A model generated the notes under the pieces. The model was not told where the DNA came from, ran no database searches, and saw only the letters and a program-made list of their open reading frames with translations. DNA of 64,000 nucleotides from Eledone cirrhosa (Eukaryota), in the NCBI GenBank assembly GCA_964016885.1, contig OZ024747.1, forward strand, positions 22,754,001 through 22,818,000, given 5' to 3'. Below are positions 12,192-24,867 of the stretch, one piece after another. The position numbers and the translations under genes were made by a program. Within the stretch, counting starts at the first letter, position 1. Every line of letters starts with the position of its first letter.

Positions 12192-12580
12192 ATGACAATG
12201 ATGATGATAATAATACACATATGCACATGTGGTTTTGGTGGAGGTGATTGTGGTGGAGGTGATTGTGGGACGATGATGTCAATGGTGGCAGTAGTGATGG
12301 TGATTGTGATGATGATGATGATGATGGTGTTGGTGGTGCTTGGGATGTTGATGTCAATGGTGATTGCGATGATGGTAATTATGCTAATAATAATTCACAT
12401 ATGCACACGTGGTTTTGGTGGAGGTGATGATGATGATGATGATGATGATGATGGTGATGGTGATGATGATGGTGGCAGTGCTCAGGATGATAATGTTGAT
12501 GTTGGCAGAGGTGATGGTGATTGTGATGATGATAATAGTAATGATGATATTGAAGTAGATTATGGTGATGATGATGATGT
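12192..12580. repeat. GAT/GGT low-complexity repeat with an internal duplication
   Basis: (GAT)n runs; cacatatgcacatgtggttttggtggaggtgat-like segment occurs twice. Confidence 0.8.
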
Positions 12581-12677
12581 AAAAGTAGCAAAAAAAAAAA
12601 AAAGAAAAATAAAGCTCAATTCAGTGGGGATTTTTTTTTTGTTTTTTTCTCTCACTTAATTCTTTCTCTATTAACAG

Positions 12678-12816
12678 CACATTGTCAGTAGTGGACAATT
12701 ATGGAGTGTTAACTATGTATGATCTGAATGTTTATAAAGATAATGATGGGAAGAACAACAATAATGAACGACTGAATTTTGAACGGAAAGACGTATGGAA
12801 CATCAAATGGGCCAAT
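12678..12816 (+). CDS. WDR35: WDR35 exon (TLSVVDNYG...FERKDVWNIKWAN)
   Basis: taacag| ... |gtaagt. Confidence 0.9.
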
Positions 12817-13305
12817 GTAAGTTTCTAAACTTGACATATGTGATTTGGTTCACAGAATTATATTCTTTTGTTTTTTGTTTTTTGTCTTTTGCTGGTCTTC
12901 TGTCAGACTTCTGCCATGCTGGGGCACCACCTTGATTTAGTTGATTTCTCAAATCTGGTACTTATATTATGGATCTTGTTTTTGTCAAATCACTAACTTT
13001 GGGAAAATAAATAAATATATATATATGTGTCCCTTTCCCATTCTGTCCACTGTGTCGATGACACAACAGTCCACACAGTAAGGTGGTCATGTAGGAGACA
13101 CGGTATAAAGGCTCCCAATTCACACTGTAAATGTGGTTGGTGTTAGGAAGGGCATCCAGCTGTAAAAAACCTGCCAGAGACACTTCCGTACGAGCGAGAC
13201 ACGGCCTCCCGACCATTCCCGCATCAAATGGAACAAAACCGTCTAACCCATGCTAGCATGGAAAATGGATGTTTAATGATGATGATGATATATATATATA
13301 TATAT

Positions 13306-16300
13306 TCATCATCATCATCATCATCATTAACGTTTAACGTCCGTGTTCCACGCTTGCATGGGTTTGGACGGGGTTTTTCCCACTTGAGGCAAGAGTGGTT
13401 GTCTTGCTCGCATAGGACTGTCTGGCGGGTGTTCTACAGCTGGATGCCCTTCCTAACACCGACCACATTTACAGTGTGGGGCTGGGAGGTTTTTACCGTG
13501 TTGCCTACACGGCCACATTACAGCGTGGACTGTCTGGCAGGTTTTCTACAGCTGGATGCCCTTCCTAACACCAACCACATTTACAGTGTGGGGCTGGGAG
13601 GTTTTTACCGTGTTGCCTACACGGCCACATTACAGCGTGGACTGTCTGGCAGGTTTTCTACAGCTGGATGCCCTTCCTAACACCAACCACATTTACAGTG
13701 TGGACTGGGAGGTTTTTACCGTGTTACCTACACGGCCACATTACAGCGTGGACTGTGTGTTTTTTTTGTCATGACACCTACACGATCTCATTTGTTTCGG
13801 CCTGGATGTTGTGGCACCAACATAACTTTACATTGAAGGGGCGGTGTGGATGGGGTGGGGGGTGGTGGGACGGGGGTGTATTTTGTTAGAGATGCCTACT
13901 GGCTGTAGTAGGTTTTACTTTGTATTTAGGTGGTAAGGCGGGTCTTCTCTATTACTGAGTACCGCGAAAGGTCTCGGTCCAGTGACATTGTCTTGGAGAG
14001 GTGTAAGTGTGTGAGGTCAGAATTTATCAGCTCGTCCCAGGTTTTTCTGGGTCTGCCTACTCCGTAGCTACCGTCTATCTTTATTGCCCTGCACTTTGTT
14101 ATACAGCTGTCGTCTTTCATGCGCATCATGTGACCATACCAACGTAGCCTTCTCTCGAGTAAACAACATCTGATCCCTCTTATTTCTAATTTTTTCCTTA
14201 GTTCGTTTATGCTTTGCCGTTCACGTATGTTACTATTACACATCCAGCGGAGCATGCAAGCTTCGTTCCTCTCTAGTCTGCGTATATCCTCTGCACACAA
14301 TGCCCAGGTCTCACTGCCATGCAACATTGCTGTTCGTATGCAGGCATCATACAACCTGCCTTTCATTCTTAGGGAGAACCCTTTAGCGGCTAATAGTGGT
14401 ATAAGCTCTCTGAACTTTTTCCAACCAGTTCTGACTCTAGCTACTGTACTTTCAGAGCACCCTCCCCCACTGCTGATTTTGTCGCCCAGGTAACGGAAGC
14501 TGTCCACTATTTCTATAGAACCCTCTGCGCAGTTGAAGGAGCTAGTATTTTGTGGGCACTTGCTGCTACTTATTGCACCAGAGCACCGGCCACATGTAAA
14601 ATCTATGTTCTTAGTTAGCTTACCTGTGATCCCACTACATCTTTTATGCACCCATACTTTGCATTTGGGACATAAAATGGAGTTTCTACCTACGCCTCTC
14701 CTACACACTGAGCATGGCCATTTCCCGGAAGGGACTGGCACCTTATTTTCTTTCCTACAAACTAGAACTTTAGTCTTAGCCAGGTTAATTTTAAGGCCTT
14801 TTGATTCTAGGCCATGCTTCCATGTTTGGAATTTCTTCTCTAGCTCGGCCATTTATTCAGCTATGAGCGTTAGATCATTTGCGTATAGGAGTTCCCATGG
14901 GCAGCCGGTCTTGAACTCCTCTGTTATAGCCTGAAGGGCAATAATAAATAGTAGGGGGCTAAGAACAGAGCCCTGATGGACACCAACTTTTACGCTAAAC
15001 TCTTCACTATATTCGTTGTTAATTCTAACCTTCCTGACTGTTTCTTTATACATGGCTTGTATAGCTCTGACAAGCCATTCGTCAACACCTAGTTTTCTAA
15101 GAGCCCACCAGATAATGGAACGGGGGACTCTGTCGAAGGCTTTCTCCAAGTCAACAAAAGCTAAGTATAGGGGTTTACTTTTAGCTAGGTACTTCTCCTG
15201 TAGTTGTCGTACAATGAAAAGAGCGTCTGTGGTACTTTTGCCTGACACAAACCCGAACTGCATTTCATCTAGATCAATTCTCTCTCTGATTAGTTGCGCA
15301 ATTACTTTTTCCGTGACCTTCATGACCTGGTCGATTAATTTAATGCCTCTATAGTTACACCTATCTAGGGCATCTCCTTTACCCTTGTAACAGTTAATGA
15401 TGATGCTGCTACGCCAGTCCTTCGGAACAACCCCATTCTATATGACTTGGTTTACTATCCGGGAGACCATGGTGTGTCCCACCGTTCCAGAGGCTTTCAG
15501 CATCTCAGCAACTATTTCCGAAGGCCCAGCCGCCTTACCCGCCTTCATATCTTTGATTGCCTTACTTATTATACTACCTTCGACTAACACTGCTGGTCCC
15601 TCTATTGGGTCGATGTGGGGGAGACTGTCTTTCTCCCATTTATTCTCCTCATTTAGAAGCCTTTCATAGTGACTCTTCCAAGCTACCTTCTTATCAGCGT
15701 CAGTGATGGCAAGTACGCCTTCATCATTAAGTACACACTTCTCCCCGACAATTGGCACATTGCCTAGCAATCCTGAACACCTCACGTTTTTGGTCCTCGC
15801 GTTGTAGAACATGCTTGAACTTTCTTTCCTCTGCTTCCCTTCTTGCGAAGTACACTTGTCTCCTAGCTTCCCTCCTGGCCACTTGATAGTCTTCTCTACT
15901 TCCCCCATCCCGCCATACTTTCCAAGCCTGCTTTTTGGCCTTAATTGACTCCTCCACCTTACTGTTCCACCACCATGTTACTCTCCTCCTACCTACAGGC
16001 CTGCTCCAGCCACAGACTTCGTCTGCCGCCGTCAGCAGGTTTGCTTTCAGGAATTCCCACTGTTCCTCTATATTATACGACTCTAATTGCTCTTCCTTAC
16101 TGTCGAAAGCATCAAGTAATATGCTTTGAAATTTATTTCTGGCTGTGGGGTCCTTTAACTTCCATATTTTTCTCCTGAGGATAGTCCTCTTCTGCTGTCT
16201 AGTACGTCTCGTCCTGACTATGAGGTCGCTAATTATCAGTCTATGTTGGGAGGTGCATTCTTCATGGGGGAGGGATTTAGTGTTAACAACAGACACTCTG

Positions 16301-17252
16301 TCACGTCTTCTGGTAAGGATATAATCTACCTGGCTTGTGTGTTCCCCCGATCTATAGGTGATCAAGTGATTGTCTCGTTTTTTGAAGTTAGTGTTACTGA
16401 TAGTTAGATTATTTGCGTCACAGAATTCCAGGATTCTGGAGCCTTCCTCATTTCTAGTACCGAACCCATAGCCTCCATGGATTCCGTCATAGCCGTCACA
16501 ATGTTGTCCAACGTGACCGTTTAGGTCGCTTGCAATAATTATACAGTCACTGTCGGTTATTTGGGAGGTAGCGAGCATCAGTGTCTCGTAGAATCTGTCT
16601 TTTATAGCGCCGGGCAGTCCGGATTGGGGTGCGTACGCAGATATTACTGTCACCGTAGTTCTATTGAGGACAAGTCTTATTTTCATTATTCTGTCGTTCA
16701 CTCTATTTACGTCTATTATCTTATCTGCCCACTTTTCTGCTACCATGATTCCTACTCCACCCAGCCCATTGTCATTTCCCACCCAGAAAAGCTTATAGCA
16801 TCGTTCTTTACCCACGATGAATCTAGCAGACCCTCCCCTCCACCTGGTCTCTTGAATACAACAAACATCGACCTCCTTACGTTCAAGCATTTCTACAACC
16901 TCGTTAGAGCGACCCTTTAAGGTGCCTACATTCATGGTACCAACTCTGAAGTTTTGGATTGCGTTTGGAGGGTGGGAGCGGTGGGGAGCAGGGGGGGATA
17001 GCGGAGTTGGGGTTATGTTAGCCATCCGCGGCCGAAACAAGGAGGAGTGCTTGCATACATATTATGTATGTATATCAGAATGGAGGTGGTAAAAACCAGT
17101 TAAACCATTACTCACCAGAGTATACTTGGGGTAGTAGAGTGGGTAATATGAAAAATTTGGGACCCCGACAGCTGAGCTCTGGCTGTTTCAACAACAGATC
17201 TAGCTGTTGAAATGGCCGTAGCTCAGCCATTGGGGTCCTGAAATTTTCATAT
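13306..17252 (-). mobile_element. Near full-length, disabled RTE-clade LINE (APE endonuclease + RT, single ORF from ATG at 17025 to 13926)
   Basis: NVGTL, IQETRW, SAYAP, DLNGHVG, VDYIL (APE); QFGF, DLEKAFDRV, GVHQGSVLSPLLF (RT). Disablements: frameshift ~15750, stops at 15438 and 14853, YADD reads YAND. (GAT)n tail. Confidence 0.93.
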
Positions 17253-17494
17253 ATATATATACACACACACACACATATATATACAATGGGTGACTGCATT
17301 TTCCGTCTACCAAACTCCACTCACAAAGCATTGGTCAACCTTAGGCTGTAATAGAAGACACTTGCTCAAGGTATTCTGTGCTGCTTGACTTAACCCATAG
17401 GTTAACTCAGATCATGACTGATTTAATTGACTTTCCCCTCCCCTTAAAATTTCTGGTCTTGTGCCTAAAGTAGAAACAATTATTTATATTTTAG

Positions 17495-17563
17495 GATAAC
17501 CCCAACTTGTTTGCTTTGATGGAGAAGGAACGGATGCTGGTTGTTCGTGGAATTGAACCTGAG
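17495..17563 (+). CDS. WDR35: WDR35 exon (DNPNLFALMEKERMLVVRGIEPE)
   Basis: ttttag| ... |gttagt. Confidence 0.9.
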
Positions 17564-18163
17564 GTTAGTACTCTTTACAATCTGCTCTATCTTTCTATCA
17601 CTCTCTTTCCCATTTATCGATCTCTCTCTCTCCATTTATACAATTATATATCAGCCTATCTATCTGTCAGTCTGTGAAATCAATTTGTATGTGTAGCTGG
17701 CTGTTTATCAATGTATTTATCTTATTTTACAAAATATACTTTCTATTTATCTGTCCTGTCAATCTCTCTATCTGTCTGTCCATCCGTCCTGTCATCTGTC
17801 TGCCTGCCTATCTGTCAAACTTGAAGGTATGTGACCTAGTGGTTAGGGTGTTGGACTCACAATCATAAGGTCATGGGTTTGATTCCTGGACTGGGCCACG
17901 TTGTGTTTTCGAGCAAGGTACTTCATTTTTCAATGCACCTGAGAATCCTCCTATGCGATGCAACTTCATATATATGAGCTATAAATCAATTTTTATTTTC
18001 ATTTCTATCTATGTGTTATAAAGATGTGTATTTGGGATAGAATATGTACCATGTCGTAAGTAGTTAAATGGATTAATGTATGGAAGGGCATCTGGCTGTA
18101 AAACATTACCTCTAAACATTCCCGTCAAACCTATGTCAGCATGGAAAAGTTGATGTAAAAACG

Positions 18164-18475
18164 ATGATGATGATGGTGATGATGGTGATGGTGATGGTGA
18201 TGGTGATGGTGATGATTATGGTGATGATGATGAGGATGATGATGATGGTGATAGTGGTGATGATGATGATGGTGATGATGGAGGTGATGGTGGTGATGGT
18301 GATGATGGTGGTGATGGTGATGATGATGATGGTGATGGTGATGATGGTGATGATGGTGATGATGGTGGTGATGATGATGATGATGGTGGTGGTGATGGTG
18401 ATGATGGTGTTGATAACGCTGACGATGACGTCGACGGTGATGATAATGAAGATGATGATAATGACGATGATGTTC
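18164..18475. repeat. (GAT/GGT)n expansion of a SINE tail
   Basis: Follows gcatggaaaagttgatgtaaaaac, a SINE/RTE 3' end. Confidence 0.85.
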
Positions 18476-18633
18476 TATCTGTTAGATTGTGATTCAGTAG
18501 TTTTTTTTTTCGGAAATTTGTTAGGAGGAAATCATGACGATGTCAAAAGAGGGAGATTAACTCAGACTCATGACTGGTTCATATAGAATGATGTGTATAT
18601 CACATAATAGTTCTCATTATACAATACCACAAT

Positions 18634-18819
18634 GACGGTGGATTGACAGTATCGGTAGAGGGTCGGACGCCATGCTTTGACGCATAGAGTTACGGCCCTT
18701 GTCATTCTGAGTTCAAATCCCGCCGAGGTTAACTTTGCCTTTCATCCTTATGGGGTCGATAAAATAAAGTACCAGTAATGCACTGGGAAATTGCTGGCCT
18801 TGTGCCAAAAGTAGAAACA
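18634..18819 (+). mobile_element. tRNA-headed SINE, family A
   Basis: B-box gagttcaaatcc, core aactttgcctttcatcc..gtcgataaaataaagtaccagt, tail ctggccttgtgccaaaagtagaaac; copies near 22080, 22290, 24540, 25740, 34670(-), 36060(-), 40400, 46315 and 51900. Confidence 0.75.
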
Positions 18820-19249
18820 TTTATACAATACCACAATGAAATTAATCTTATTTTAGTGAAAATAATCAAAGGGGAATAACTCTGCTGAAGACATAAAAAT
18901 CTGTTACTTTAAAATGTGAAACATGTTTCATATAGAGATTTCGTTTCACTTACATAATTAACACCGTTTTTAAAGCTATCGATGCCACAATTTCCCATTC
19001 GTCCATAAAACTGAAGTTAAGGTTTATCTAAGAAGGAAGACGCAGTAGAGGAAGACCATGAAAAATATGGGTGGAGGTGGTGACAGTAGACTTCAGATCA
19101 CTGAATCTCACGGAGGAGATGACGAAGGAGAGAGATGCTGTGCTGAATAGGACCCGTCCTACCCTTGCAAGCAGGGAAAAGCGGACGTAAAATGATGATG
19201 ATGATGAAGGAGTCACTTTTAGATGGAGTAATCTGGCATGTGATTAAAT

Positions 19250-19900
19250 CTCACCTGGGCCGTTTGCAAAAAGAATGTACAGATTTCCTGAAGCACTTCA
19301 GTGTCAGAGTCCCTCTAATTATGGTAGTTGTGTAGGATGCTGTAGAAATGATTGAGTTGTCTCGCATGTTTCTTATAGATTGTCCAGAACTCACAAACAT
19401 AAAGGAAAGTTGTATGAACAACTGCCTGATAGACAACTTTCAGCTTGCTGTTGAGCTCTGACACATTCACTGTTTCCTGAAGGTAGCAATGGCTTTGGAG
19501 ATCACGTTGTTGACTTCTTCATTGATGCTTACTTTTTAAAATTTTGTTTTGATCTTGCAATTGTCGTTTTGAATCTACTTACATTGTTTATTGCAGACAA
19601 ATGATAGTGTTAGCACTGCTACAAAAAATCAACTGTTGTTTTTGTCCATTCACAGTGGCCTAAGGTTCTCAGAATGCTGGTGCATAACCTCAGTTTTTCT
19701 TATGCTTATTGTGAGGCCAAAATGTTCTTGGTTCTCTTCCCATTTATAATCAGGGATAATGTTGGCATTTTTGAATTCCTGGGAGATTTTTCCTTCATTC
19801 CACAAAAATTGGAAGAGAATAGTCAGCTATTCAAAGATCAACATCTCAGTTGAATGGTGCCTGATCTACCCACTTATTATATAAGGGTTGAAGATCTGAA
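19250..19900 (-). mobile_element. Old degenerate RTE (BovB-like) RT fragment
   Basis: Minus-strand remnants FGLTISIRKTEVMHQ and SINEEVNNVISKAIATF. Confidence 0.55.
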
Positions 19901-20021
19901 TATCTTTCCACCACCGAAACAATATACAAGCCTAAGATTATTTATAAAAATTAAATTTAGTAACTAAATAAATTGGAGAATTAATGTATTCTTTTTGTGT
20001 GTTTTTTTTTTTTCAATTCAG

Positions 20022-20150
20022 GAACCAGTCTTCAGTAAAGGCTACTTGTGTCATTTCTCAGATCTACAAATTAAAACAGTTCTTCTTGAACAAATCATGC
20101 TGTATCCACAGAACCCAACCAAGGATTTTGTCATTGATATTGAAATTAAA
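20022..20150 (+). CDS. WDR35: WDR35 exon (EPVFSKGYLC...IDIEIK)
   Basis: attcag| ... |gtaatg. Confidence 0.9.
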
Positions 20151-20388
20151 GTAATGTCAACTAATTTTCCTTTCATTAACTAATTTGTTTCAGAATTATA
20201 AAACTTGCAAAGAAAAAGATGGTGAAACATCTTGATAATCTCTACCCCACTCATAGCTCACACAGTACTTAGATGGGAAAGTCCATTAGACGTGAGGGGG
20301 ATTATTTCAAAGGGGAAAGCTTATAATTTGTAGTTTGGATTTTACATTTTTTTTGCAACCCCAGCTGTGTTTCTTGTCTGATAAACCT

Positions 20389-20437
<49 letters not shown>

Positions 20438-20562
20438 GACGTATTTCCGTAGGAAAGGTAAAGGAAAAGAGAGTGCTCTATGTAGGCTACCTAGCTTTTT
20501 AGTTATGTAATATCTGTCTTCAAGAAACCACTGGTAAATGAATTAATTATCTTATGTTGTTT

Positions 20563-20895
20563 ATGGCTTAGTGGTTAGAGCATTGGCTTTGCAATCGAAA
20601 GGTTGTGAGTTCAATTCTCAGACCGGGTGATGTGTTGTTTCCTTGAGCAAGACACTTTATTTCACATTGCTCCAGTTTACTCAGCTGTAGAAATGAGATG
20701 ATAGGGACTGGGATCCCTATCATTCCACTGCAAAGTGGTCGTGTAGGTGCCACGGCAAAAAAGCACCCAGCACTCACTGTAAATGAGGTTGGTGTTAGGA
20801 AGAGCATCCAGCTGTAGAAATCAAGCCAGAATCAGTTCCCGTCCCACCCTTGCAAGCAGGGAAAAGCGGATGTAAAATGATGATGATGATGATGA
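20563..20895 (+). mobile_element. tRNA-headed SINE, family B, with RTE-derived 3' part
   Basis: A-box tggcttagtgg, B-box gagttcaattc; near-identical copy at 53628-53977. Confidence 0.8.
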
Positions 20896-20937
20896 TATAT
20901 ATATAAACATATATGTGTATACAGATATGTATATATA

Positions 20938-21724
20938 TCATCGTCATCATCATTTTACGTTTGCTCTTCCCTGCTTGCAAGGGTGGGATGGGTCTTATTC
21001 AGCACAGCACGGTCCTTCGTCATCTCCACCGTGAGCTTCAGCGATCTGAGGTCTGTTCTTACCAACTCCGCCCATGTTTTTCGTGGTCTACCTCTACCAT
21101 GTCTTCCTTCAACTGGCATTTCCACTTCTTCACCTATCGGTCATCCTCGATGCGCATCACATGTCCATACCACCTCAGTCTCCTCTCCCGTACACTACAT
21201 TCTATCCCTCTCAGACACAGTTTCTCTCTCAACACATTCATGCTGGGTCGTTCACGCACATTGACACTGCACATCCAACGGAGCATGCTTGCCTCATTTC
21301 TCTCCAGCCGTCGCATATCCTCTGCTGTTGCTGCCCATGTCTCACTACCATGCAGCATCGCGCTCCTCACACAGACATCATATAACCGGCCTTTCGTACG
21401 CAGGGAGAAATCCTTCGTCAGCAGAGGAAGCAGCTCCTTAAACTTCTTCCAACCCGTCCTTATTCTAGATACTATGGCCTCGGAACACCCCCCTCCCATG
21501 CTAATGTGATCTCCTAGGTACCGGAAGCTATCCACCACTTCTATAGCACCCGCCTGCATTTGAAAAATGTGTCTATCAATGCAACTTCTACTGTCTAATT
21601 TCCCTGTACATCTACTGCATGCATATTTCTCCCTACCTGTTAGTTTGCCTGCTATCCCACTACATCTCTTGTGTACCCAGGATCTGCATTGTGTGCATTT
21701 TATAGAATTTATGCCAGTTCCTGG
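20938..21724 (-). mobile_element. 5'-truncated RTE LINE (second subfamily)
   Basis: ORF 21134-21757: WVHKRCSG..FRYLGD..RLRWYGHVMR; (GAT)n tail. Confidence 0.88.
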
Positions 21725-22539
21725 CATATATACATATATGTATATACATATATACATATCTCAGAGGCCCCAAATGGTAAAGTCAATGTATGAATTAACT
21801 CTTACTAATAGCTAGAGTTTAAAAAAAAACGACCATAATACCAGCAATTTCTCACGAAGAGCACACCAACTCGTTCGGTTAGAAATATGCAGAAACACGT
21901 TTACAAGGGGAACAACTCTGTTAATTCCTTTTAATTGTGAAATTCAAAGGAAGACTATGCATAGTTTCCCTTTGATTTTCACAAAATTCAAACAGGAAAA
22001 AGAATCGGTTAAAATGTTTTGGAGAGATATTTTGTAGCATTGTGTTTTTCTATTATCATTATTAGATTAACTGTATCTGTAGAGCGTCGGACAATATGCT
22101 TCGCGGCATAGAGTTACGGCCCTTTGCGTTCTGATTTCAAATTCTGCTGATGGTTAGCTTTGCCTTTCATCCTTACGGATTCGATAAAATAAAGTACCAA
22201 TAACGCTCTGGGGTCAATTTAATCGACTTTAACCTCCCCAAATTTGTTGGCCTTGTGCCTAAATTAGAAATCATTATTACCATTCATAAGGCGGTGGATT
22301 GGCACAATTGGTAGAGGGTCGGACATGCTTTCCAGCATAGTTACGTCCCTTTACGATCTGAGTTCAAATCCCGCCGAAATTAACTTTGCCTTTCATCCTT
22401 ACGGGGTCGATAAAATAAAGTACCAGTAATTATACTGGGTAATTGCTGGCCTTGTGCCAAAAATTAGAAACAATTATTACCATTCATAATGCTTTTGTTC
22501 TGGCAGATGTTATACTGACCCTATACCAAAAGAGCGAGC

Positions 22540-23520
22540 CAATGGCCAAAGGTGCTTTGGGTCATTCTTTCTCCTTCAACTTTCTAATATTCTTCTTAGG
22601 ATGCTTGCTGTTCCTAACAAGGCTGGTTTCTGCAACAATCCCGTCCTGATGGTAATTCCTAGCTTCTCAAGCCATGCATCTAACTTTTTACTAACTGCTC
22701 ATAGTTTCCTGATGTCCCTCTTCAGCTCCTGGTATCTCTCAACTTTTTTCACTTTCCTTCTCATTCACCCTGTGGTCCCATGGTGAAGCAATATCCACAA
22801 TACTTGCCATGTTATTATTCTTTTATACGGCAACAATGTCAGGTTATCTAGCCACGATAAAATGGCCCCACTGGATGGTCATGTCGTACAAGATCTTATA
22901 GTGTTTGTTTTCAGCAACCCTTTCCGGTTAGACTCTTTCTCACTTTTGCTCATTTTTGCTATTTCTCACTTATGCTATTTCTCACTTTTGCTCATGTCAT
23001 ACTTATGACAGAGCTTCCAATGAATCAATCTGGCAATGTTGTCGTACCTTCCTTAATAATATGGTTTATTGTTTCACCTTTCTCACCACACAACCTACAA
23101 ATTGGTGAATTCATTGATGTATCAATATTGAATTTATAGTTCATTCTCAGTGGCTGTTCCTGGGCTATGAAAATTAAGGGATTCAGTTTCAATTTTTAAG
23201 TCGCTTTTCCTAGTCCACTCCCAGTTCTTATCTTTGTCAACTGTCTTAGGCATTTCATGCAAGAATTGACCATACATTTTTTTCTCTTTTTGTCTATTCA
23301 ATATATTAATCTGTCTTGTTTAAATTCTCTCTTTTCCTTTGCTTCATCACCGTTTAAGACCTTTATCTTTCTTACTCCTGTCACCAATCTCTCCTTTGAA
23401 TTCTTTACATACCATGCCAGATTATTTCCCTCAGACTTCACACACATTTTACAGCTAATGAGACCTCTTCCCCCTTTCTGTCATGATAAATACAATCTGT
23501 CCATGTCACTTTGGTAAATC
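22540..23520 (-). mobile_element. Degenerate R4/Dong-type (restriction-like endonuclease) retrotransposon, 3' part
   Basis: Minus-strand remnants SPICRLCGEKGETINHI, RYDNIARLIHWKLC, PDI..IVDIASPWD, LQKPALLGTASILRRIL. Confidence 0.7.
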
Positions 23521-24335
23521 TCCCTCTTAATGGGATCCATTACATAAAACATTCCAACAGCCAGGGCTTGTGAGTATCCCCACTCCCGCCTGTGCAGTCA
23601 TTTCTAGCACCACACCTGAATAGTAGAGTTTCCATCCTCCATCCAAATCTACAGTACCAGAGCTAAAGAACTTTGTTGTAGAAACCCTGATTATATCTAA
23701 TCAGTAACATCAGGCCTCCTGCACTAGTTTTTGCTCCTTACCTGTAAGGTTTGTAATATTCCAGTTGCCAATTGTTCTCCCTTCTGGACCCACTTGGGTC
23801 TTGGGATATGCAACCTTTGTGCATCCATCCCATGCCTTCCAGGACAGGTTGCAATATATTTTTTGAAGGGGCCCCCTTTAGCTAGTACCCAAATATGTCC
23901 CTTGTTACTCTCGTGGTTTGATTTCTTTTATTGAATCTGATCATATTGCAGTTTTTGGTGGTCTTATTCGCATCAGTCACTAATTTGGTAATTTTCTCAG
24001 ACCCGCAAAAACCAGGCTTTTTTAAAGGTGATCCTTACTCATCTCATAGTAACTACATTGCTGGGTTGTGAAAGTTTTCTTGAGAGCTAACAGTATCACC
24101 AATTGCCCCATCACCCATAGTAGCTTACCACTGTTTGGACTAAGGCTGCTTATTCATATGGCAGTAGCCTGCTTATATCACAACTAATCATCATATCTGG
24201 CAAAGCATAGGTTGCAGGTGGTAGATATCATTTTATCTTTATGTATATTTTGTTCTGGTACATAACTATTTTTTACTTATATATTTTCCCCACTATACTG
24301 TTTTACCTATCTTTCTCATTTTGGCACCTATTTAG

Positions 24336-24424
24336 AGTTTACGAGATACTCGTGAACTATTGACCAAAGTCAGTTTGGAAGAAGCTCTACAGTTTATTGA
24401 AAAGAATCCTCACCCAAGATTATG
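24336..24424 (+). CDS. WDR35: WDR35 exon (SLRDTRELL...NPHPRLW)
   Basis: tttag| ... |gtatgt. Confidence 0.93.
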
Positions 24425-24867
24425 GTATGTTGAGGTCATTATTAATCTAAAAAAAACAAAAAAACAAAACAATGTTTGCTCTTTTTTTAATAAATTATTG
24501 TATTTGTCTTATTAACCCTTTCATGAAAGTCATTAGCCGGAACATTAGCTGGAATGCTTCACAGCATTCATTCCAGGTCTCTGCACTCTGAGTTCAAATT
24601 CTGCTGAGGTTAACTTTGCCTTTCATTTTTTCAAGGTCGATAAAAACACCCAAAAAACTACCAGTCCAATATTGGGGTTGATCCTTCCTCTATATCCATT
24701 TTTCATTTCCTTTTTCTCTTTCTTCTCTGAAAGAAATTGGCTGTATTCAGACCAGGGAAGGGGATTTGCTCTGCCAGATTAAAAAAATTACTCAAGATAT
24801 ATCATGACACCATCCCTATGACTCCATCTGTAGTTATGACTCCATAGCAAATAGCTTTTATGGCCAT

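Noticed and set aside
13926-17025. Active RTE retrotransposon
   Set aside because: One frameshift, two in-frame stops and YADD changed to YAND.
18885-18930. CTGAAGA..GAAACATGTT hammerhead-like motif
   Set aside because: Stem II is only 3 bp and stem I does not pair in register; the context resembles a different repeat also seen near 21900.
20563-20625. tRNA-like sequence (also 53628, 18634, 22289)
   Set aside because: A/B boxes run into SINE bodies; no complete cloverleaf.
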